This document shows positions 25,672 through 30,633 of a stretch of DNA of 30,633 nt, piece by piece (positions within the stretch are counted from its first letter, which is position 1; each line of letters opens with the position of its first letter). The notes under the pieces were generated by a model. The model had not been told where the DNA came from. It ran no database searches and worked only from the letters and a program-made list of their open reading frames with translations. The translations under genes were made by a program, and so were the position numbers. The DNA comes from a virus, in IMG/VR virus record IMGVR_UViG_3300010348_000185; one strand, given 5' to 3'.

Positions 25672-25752
25672 TTAGACGAAGATTACTTTAAAATTGCAGA
25701 AGCAAGAATAAACTCTTTTGAAGAGTATAGAAAATTACTTAAACAAAAATAA
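25648..25752 (+). pseudogene. C-terminal remnant of a DNA methyltransferase (GFRFVGM*LDEDYFKIAEARINSFEEYRKLLKQK)
   Basis: It matches the conserved methyltransferase ending 'GR.FIGIELD..Y...A..RI'; compare the intact neighbour's 'NRNFIGIELDQKFFNLAKERI'. The in-frame TAG sits where the conserved Glu (GAG) is expected. Confidence 0.6.
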
Positions 25753-25779
25753 ACAAACAGAAAAAGAAAAAGAAAAATA

Positions 25780-26598
25780 ATGAATATAAATTTGATAAAC
25801 GGAGATTGTTTAGAACTTATGAAATCTATACCAGATAAAAGTATAGATCTTATTTGTTGTGATTTACCATATGGGACGACAGATACACACGGTGGTAAAA
25901 AAAGCAAAAATAGATTTTTAGAATGGGATAATATAATACCACTTGATAAACTATGGATTGAGTATAAAAGAATTATTAAAGATAAAGGAGTTATTTGTTT
26001 GAATGCCGATCAACCATTTACCTCTAAATTGATAATTTCAAATTTAGAGTGGTTTAGATATGAATGGATATGGAAAAAAAATATAACAACTGGTTTTTTA
26101 CACGCTAATCATAGACCTATGAAACAAACCGAAGATATTGTTATTTTCTCACCTGCAGGAGCATCACCATCAGCGACAAAAGGCAATAATTCTATGACAT
26201 ATAATCCACAAGGATTAATAGAAAAGGTTGTTCAAAAAAAGAATAGTAAAAATAGATTAGGTAAATTTTTACTAAATGAGGAGTTTTTGGGTAAAAATAA
26301 TAAATTAATAAGTGGAAAAGAATATACTCAAAGATTCACAAATTATCCAAAAGAAATAATAGAATTTGATATGGATAAAGATACCATACATCCCACACAA
26401 AAACCAGTTTCTCTAATAGAATATTTAATAAAAACATATTCTAATGAAGGTGATACGATACTTGATAATTCTATGGGTTCTGGAACAACAGGTGTTGCTT
26501 GTGTAAGAACTAATAGAAATTTTATAGGAATTGAATTGGATCAAAAATTCTTTAATCTTGCTAAGGAAAGAATTAATAGAGAAAAAGATAAAGTATAA
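25780..26598 (+). CDS. DNA methyltransferase, beta-class N6-adenine/N4-cytosine family (272 aa)
   Basis: Motif IV is 'DLICCDLPYGT' (DPPY-like). 'HPTQKP' is present. Motif I is 'ILDNSMGSGTTGVAC'. The C-terminus is 'NFIGIELDQKFFNLAKERI'. Confidence 0.85.
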   Translation: MNINLINGDCLELMKSIPDKSIDLICCDLPYGTTDTHGGKKSKNRFLEWDNIIPLDKLWIEYKRIIKDKGVICLNADQPFTSKLIISNLEWFRYEWIWKKNITTGFLHANHRPMKQTEDIVIFSPAGASPSATKGNNSMTYNPQGLIEKVVQKKNSKNRLGKFLLNEEFLGKNNKLISGKEYTQRFTNYPKEIIEFDMDKDTIHPTQKPVSLIEYLIKTYSNEGDTILDNSMGSGTTGVACVRTNRNFIGIELDQKFFNLAKERINREKDKV

Positions 26599-26642
26599 AA
26601 ACTATTACTCGAAGATGTAAAATATAAAAATAAATAAAGAAT

Positions 26643-26825
26643 ATGAAACCATATATAATACCAAATTTTATTAATCATAGATATGAAATATATTTAGATG
26701 ATAAAGTAAGATATTTAGATTTTACAAAATCTTCTCAAATCGAAATTATTATGAATGAAATGATTAAGGATAGAAGAGATATACTAATAGATAAAATATT
26801 AATGATGTGTGAATTAAATAAATAA
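26643..26825 (+). CDS. Hypothetical early protein (60 aa)
   Basis: The ORF is preceded by TACTCGAAGA and the conserved leader. Confidence 0.35.
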   Translation: MKPYIIPNFINHRYEIYLDDKVRYLDFTKSSQIEIIMNEMIKDRRDILIDKILMMCELNK

Positions 26826-26836
26826 TAAATAATAAT

Positions 26837-27361
26837 ATGAGTGATATAAAACAAAAATATATAGTAACCAATAAGAATGGTAGTTACCAAGTGATGGTTT
26901 GGTTAAATGGAAAACATCATTATATAGGCATCTATAAAACAATAGAGGAAGCAATTATTGAAAGAGATAAGTTTATAAAAAAGTATAATGTAGTACCTAA
27001 ATATAATAATATATACTTTGATAATAAAGAAGCTTATAAAGAAATTATTATATCACAAGCACAAGGTAGATTAACACCTAAATTAATGTCTCAATTATTA
27101 AAAATAGTTAAAGGTGTTTCTAAAAAGTTTTACTATAAAGACCAAGATGATAGATTAGATTGTGAAGCTTATGCGGTTGAGATGATAATGAAAAACTGGT
27201 ATCACTTTGATGAAAATAAATATGATAATGTCCTTTCCTATTTTACTGAGATAGTAAAACGTGCTTTTGCTTTTCAATGGAAGCAATTACAAAAAAGCAG
27301 AATAAATACAATTAGTTTAGATTATACTAATGAAGATGGTGATAGAATAATTAATATATAA
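26837..27361 (+). CDS. T4 gp55-like late sigma factor with an N-terminal AP2-like domain (174 aa)
   Basis: 'SQLLKIVKGVSKKFYY...EAYAVEMIMKNWYHFDENKYDNVLSYFTEIVKRAFAFQWKQLQK' parallels T4 gp55. From memory, gp55 reads 'LIAEGLSKRFNF...[41 protein letters not shown]'. The N-terminal 'GSYQVMVWLNGKHHYIGIYKTIEEAIIERDKF' is AP2-like. Confidence 0.6.
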   Translation: MSDIKQKYIVTNKNGSYQVMVWLNGKHHYIGIYKTIEEAIIERDKFIKKYNVVPKYNNIYFDNKEAYKEIIISQAQGRLTPKLMSQLLKIVKGVSKKFYYKDQDDRLDCEAYAVEMIMKNWYHFDENKYDNVLSYFTEIVKRAFAFQWKQLQKSRINTISLDYTNEDGDRIINI

Positions 27362-27365
27362 TAAA

Positions 27366-27797
27366 ATGGGTAGAAAAAGAGAAATAACAAAAGAAGATAT
27401 AGAATCAGGTTATTTAACTTGTAAAAAATGTAATCAAAGAAGAAAACTTATATTTTTTTATAGTAAAAGATATAATTACAATGGACTAAACGAAGTTTCA
27501 TATCAAATCTCCAAATGTAAAGTATGTAAATCTAAAAATAATTCATATAAAGTAAAAAATATAGAAGTTTTAGATATATCAAAATTTAATCTAACAAAAG
27601 AAGCAAGATTATTTATAAAAAGATTAATTTTATTAAAAGGTAAAATAGGTGTTATAGATGCTTATAAATTAGTTCATTACCACTTAGAAACTTTTAATTA
27701 TATAGAAAGACAATTTGATAGTGTAGAGCAAGAATTATCAATAATGTATAAAGAATTATTAAAAGTTTATGATAAAGATCAGGAAACCAGATTATAA
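27366..27797 (+). CDS. Zinc-ribbon protein (143 aa), function unknown
   Basis: The cysteine pairs CKKC...CKVC are present. Confidence 0.35.
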   Translation: MGRKREITKEDIESGYLTCKKCNQRRKLIFFYSKRYNYNGLNEVSYQISKCKVCKSKNNSYKVKNIEVLDISKFNLTKEARLFIKRLILLKGKIGVIDAYKLVHYHLETFNYIERQFDSVEQELSIMYKELLKVYDKDQETRL

Positions 27798-28014
27798 CTT
27801 ATTAAGAGTACCCGAGTTAAATTTGTTTAAATGGACAAAAAATGGTATAATTATGACTTATGGGATAGGTTTTAATAAAAAAATTATCAATATTAGTGAT
27901 AATATATCAAAAGATAAAGATGGTTGTTTAGATTGGCTTTATTCACTTTTAGATAAAGATATACCTAAACAACAAAAAAGAGATATAAAAGAAGTTATTT
28001 CTGAGTTTCTATAA
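27769..28014 (+). CDS. Hypothetical protein (81 aa; the start is uncertain and an internal ATG at about 27853 is possible)
   Basis: The ORF overlaps the upstream gene by 29 nt. Confidence 0.3.
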   Translation: MIKIRKPDYNLLRVPELNLFKWTKNGIIMTYGIGFNKKIINISDNISKDKDGCLDWLYSLLDKDIPKQQKRDIKEVISEFL

Positions 28015-28039
28015 AAAATCCTTATATTATAAAAAGAGA

Positions 28040-28080
28040 AAAAGTTTATTTAATATATAGTAATAAACTTTTTTATTTTT
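28040..28080 (+). terminator. Rho-independent terminator immediately upstream of the nuclease-like gene
   Basis: The stem is a perfect 11 bp, aaaagtttatt/aataaactttt, with an 11-nt loop. It is followed by ttttattttt, and the ATG of the next gene is at 28081. Confidence 0.65.
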
Positions 28081-28659
28081 ATGAACTTAACAAACAACTT
28101 CCAAAGAGACGAATTTTATGCAAGACAGGGTCTTTTAATACTACAAGAACTTTACCCAAATACATTTAAGTATAAAATAGAATTCACACAAGGTGAATAC
28201 GACCCATATGATGCAATGTTTTTTATAATTGATACAAATACTCAAAGTATTATTAAACGTGTCTGGATCGAACTTAAAATAAGAAAAACAGCATATGATA
28301 CATATCTACTAGAAACCAAAAAGATGAATAGTTTATTAAAATTAAGAAAAGATATGTTTTTTACAGAAGATGAAGTAACTTTACTCTATATTAATTTCAC
28401 TCCAAATGAAACAATAATCTATAATTTAGATAAAGTCAAGAATCTACCAATAGAGAAAAAAGTAATGAATAAATGCACAGCTATATCAAGAACTAATAAG
28501 ATTGAAAAAAATGTAATAATGTTGAAGCCAGAAGATGGTAAAATATTAAATTATATTCTTAATGAAGAAAAAATTAATAATAGGAATAAAATAAACAATA
28601 TAGTAGATAATAAAGTTAAAGAATTAAAGAATGATTTGTTTAGAACTTTATTTGGATAA
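28081..28659 (+). CDS. PD-(D/E)xK-type nuclease candidate (192 aa)
   Basis: 'YDPYDAMFFII' followed about 19 residues later by 'VWIELKIRK' fits the D...ExK arrangement. Confidence 0.4.
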   Translation: MNLTNNFQRDEFYARQGLLILQELYPNTFKYKIEFTQGEYDPYDAMFFIIDTNTQSIIKRVWIELKIRKTAYDTYLLETKKMNSLLKLRKDMFFTEDEVTLLYINFTPNETIIYNLDKVKNLPIEKKVMNKCTAISRTNKIEKNVIMLKPEDGKILNYILNEEKINNRNKINNIVDNKVKELKNDLFRTLFG

Positions 28660-28748
28660 GTAAGCATTAATAGCCTCCTGTTCTGTTGAAAAATAACCTA
28701 TAAACTTTTTATTCTTCACGACCTTATATGTTATTATATATAAAAATT

Positions 28749-29069
28749 CTATCTAAGACTTCCTCCTCTTGAATAATTATATCTACTCAAATATTTATGT
28801 ATTCCTGCACCCACTGATGGTTTTCCTATCCACCATTTACCATATCTATTTTCACCATTTGTTTTTGCTAATGCTGCGGGTTCTATTAATTTTAAGAATA
28901 TATCAAAATCTATATCATAATAAGTGTAATAAGCACCATCATTAAACTTAATAACCAACTCATTTGTTTCATCATTAAACATTAATCTATCAACATTAGA
29001 TGAATTTGCTTGATTTCTCCATTTCTTTAGGATAATAGGAGACTTTCTTGGACCATCAAATTTAATCAT
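28749..29069 (-). CDS. KTSC domain protein (106 aa), last gene of the minus-strand arm
   Basis: 'SNVDRLMFNDETNELVIKFNDGAYYTYYDIDFDIFLKLIEPA...' follows the KTSC pattern (S..i..v.Yd.....L.v.F..G..Y.Y..v....f..l). Confidence 0.5.
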   Translation of the reverse strand: MIKFDGPRKSPIILKKWRNQANSSNVDRLMFNDETNELVIKFNDGAYYTYYDIDFDIFLKLIEPAALAKTNGENRYGKWWIGKPSVGAGIHKYLSRYNYSRGGSLR

Positions 29070-29070
29070 A

Positions 29071-29262
29071 TTAAATATCTTCTTTTTTATCAGAAAGACC
29101 TATTAAAGAGTCTTTGCTTCTTAAAAACATAAGAGCCACTGTTATCCAACCACTCATTTCACTAGCAGTTGATTTACCTTGGTAAATTATTACACCCGTA
29201 AATGCTAATAATCCTAAACCTATTAAAGTTGTTACTAAGCCTTCTTTATATAATCTCTTCAT
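29071..29262 (-). CDS. Two-TM small membrane protein, holin candidate (63 aa)
   Basis: It has the hydrophobic segments LVTTLIGLGLLAFTGVIIY and GWITVALMFL and a charged C-terminus. It lies at the end of the late arm. Confidence 0.4.
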   Translation of the reverse strand: MKRLYKEGLVTTLIGLGLLAFTGVIIYQGKSTASEMSGWITVALMFLRSKDSLIGLSDKKEDI

Positions 29263-29368
29263 ATTTATCTTTTCTTTTTTTCTTTCGAGTATACTTTTTC
29301 TTATTCTTGTGTATATTCGACCTCGATGCTTGCCACCTCTCTTGTAGAGTAAATTCTATTTTTTTCAA

Positions 29369-29623
29369 TTAAATATCTTTTTTTTTTTGAAGTGCAATAT
29401 TTAAGTTTTTTATTTCGTTGGTTAAATCACGAACAGCTTCATATAACTTTTCAAACTTATCATCCATATGTGTTTGATTATTTTCAACTAAATTAAGTCT
29501 AATTATTGTTTCGTCAGTCTTTGATTTTAACTCTTTAATAGATAAAAAGAAATCACGTAAAAAGTATATTAATATACCTGATGCTATCGAACCACTTACT
29601 ATTATTTCACCGCCTATACTCAT
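29369..29623 (-). CDS. N-terminally membrane-anchored coiled-coil protein (84 aa), lysis-associated or unknown
   Basis: The TM segment is IIVSGSIASGILIYFL, followed by a coiled coil. Confidence 0.3.
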   Translation of the reverse strand: MSIGGEIIVSGSIASGILIYFLRDFFLSIKELKSKTDETIIRLNLVENNQTHMDDKFEKLYEAVRDLTNEIKNLNIALQKKKDI

Positions 29624-29638
29624 AATTAAATTTATTTT

Positions 29639-30076
29639 TTATATTCTTACCCAAGCACCATTCTGTCTCCCATAAATAAATCCATCATTAGGTGCATCAT
29701 CAATCTTATTATCTATATCATTTTGTTGAGCAGAAATAGCATCATTAACATTAGCTATGCTATTATTTAATTGTGTTGAAGAAGCTTTACCATTTAATGA
29801 TAATGTTAAATTATCAACATTTGTTTCTAGAGAATTTATATCACTCTGATTAGTATTTAACCTACCATTAATAAAATCTATTTGATCTTGTAAATCAGCT
29901 TCTATATTATCAACATATGTTTTTGTAGCATAGTTTGATAGTGTTGCTGTTATATAAGTAGCATCTACTATTGTTCCAATAGAAGAAAAATTATCATTAA
30001 CTATGATAAAAGCATCTCTTAATTTATCTCCTAAACCATCATTAGGATTACTTACATTTATATTACTAAAAGTCAT
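29639..30076 (-). CDS. Short paralogue of the tail fibre N-terminal module (145 aa)
   Basis: '[22 protein letters not shown]' compares with the fibre's '[22 protein letters not shown]'. An N/Q-rich coiled coil follows. The protein ends 'DDAPNDGFIYGRQNGAWVRI', compared with the fibre's '[20 protein letters not shown]'. Confidence 0.6.
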   Translation of the reverse strand: MTFSNINVSNPNDGLGDKLRDAFIIVNDNFSSIGTIVDATYITATLSNYATKTYVDNIEADLQDQIDFINGRLNTNQSDINSLETNVDNLTLSLNGKASSTQLNNSIANVNDAISAQQNDIDNKIDDAPNDGFIYGRQNGAWVRI

Positions 30077-30122
30077 TTCTTATATATTATTTTTTATTTT
30101 TCTTCTTAATTGTTATTGATTA

Positions 30123-30545
30123 TTATATCATAATTTTATTAGCTTGTATAAAAATATCATTAACCTGTAAATCAGTCAATCCTAAAGATGATTGAATAAA
30201 AAGCACAGTCGGACTATTTCTATCTATCGCTGTTCCATATTCCCATATATACTTAGCAGCAGTTCTATTAGGCTCTTGTAATAATTCTAATGCATTTTCT
30301 ATAGCAGTTTCTAAATTCATTATTCTTAAAACAACTCTTAATCTCCATAATGGTATTTCAATAGGACAATTATGTCTTATTTCTTCTTCTTCAGTAAATA
30401 AATTACTTGGTTCTACAGTACCTCCAGCTGTTAAAAACTGAACATAGTCTTGATAAAGTGATGAGCCTTCGTCCATCGGAATTAAAGTGATAGTATCGTT
30501 ATCACATTTAATTATATTTCCATATTTTGATGTTTTATATTGCAT
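30123..30545 (-). CDS. Hypothetical protein (140 aa), possibly a fibre-associated accessory or chaperone by position
   Basis: It lies immediately downstream of the fibre gene on the circular map. Its first 13 codons are also present at 1-39 because of the terminal repeat. Confidence 0.25.
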   Translation of the reverse strand: MQYKTSKYGNIIKCDNDTITLIPMDEGSSLYQDYVQFLTAGGTVEPSNLFTEEEEIRHNCPIEIPLWRLRVVLRIMNLETAIENALELLQEPNRTAAKYIWEYGTAIDRNSPTVLFIQSSLGLTDLQVNDIFIQANKIMI

Positions 30546-30633
30546 ATCTTATATTTTAATTATTTGTCATTATATAACTTCCATACCAATCAAATCCTGT
30601 TGTTGCATTTGGACCTGTTGTATCTACAATGTA
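30507..30633. repeat. Terminal direct repeat, right copy, identical to 1-127.
   Basis: Same comparison as for 1-127. The length of 127 bp fits a k-mer overlap left by an assembler on a circular contig. Confidence 0.95.

Noticed and set aside
1-30633. Lysogeny module (integrase, repressor, attP) or a prophage context
   Set aside because: No integrase-like or recombinase-like ORF was recognised, and the contig closes on itself with no flanking host genes. The only repressor-like candidate is a 50-aa RHH-like protein, which is not enough to call a temperate lifestyle.

Overview
The window is one complete, AT-rich genome of a tailed dsDNA phage. Bases 1-127 are identical to 30507-30633, so the unique sequence is 30506 bp and closes into a circle (or is terminally redundant). 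Coding is dense and falls into two divergent arms that start at about 23938-24090 and converge at about 28660-28748. The short plus-strand arm (24091-28659) looks early. It carries many small ORFs, an RHH-like protein, a beta-class N6/N4 DNA methyltransferase with the C-terminal remnant of a second one just upstream, a T4 gp55-like late sigma factor fused to an AP2-like domain, a zinc-ribbon protein, and a PD-(D/E)xK-like nuclease placed after a terminator. The long minus-strand arm runs from 23937 down through position 1 and wraps to 28749. Reading in that direction, it encodes small proteins, a 460-aa family-A-like polymerase and an ECF-like sigma factor. Next come an HNH-AP2 homing endonuclease, TerS, a TerL whose frame is interrupted at the Walker A motif, and a tail-assembly-chaperone-like gene with a -1 frameshift extension. 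These are followed by an HExxH mini-protein, neck proteins, a Dit-like protein and a 1300-aa tail protein with delta-60-type repeats. Then come the tape measure, a GIY-YIG homing endonuclease, a protease/scaffold fusion, the major capsid protein and a tail-tube candidate. The arm ends with the portal, a collagen-like fibre plus a short paralogue of its N-terminus, holin-like membrane proteins and a KTSC protein. No integrase, tRNA, CRISPR array or obvious endolysin was seen. A TTTG-N19-TAAATTTG promoter and the absence of Shine-Dalgarno sequences suggest a Bacteroidota host (inference). The observations most worth follow-up are the miniature polymerase with an HDS motif C, the TerL interruption that looks like an 8-nt hop or recoding site, a 95-bp perfect repeat with nested hairpins bounding a small-gene cassette, and the recurring intergenic motifs (TACTCGA and ATAGTTTTTACTATA). 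All functional calls rest on motif recognition by eye and recall of protein families, not on database searches.
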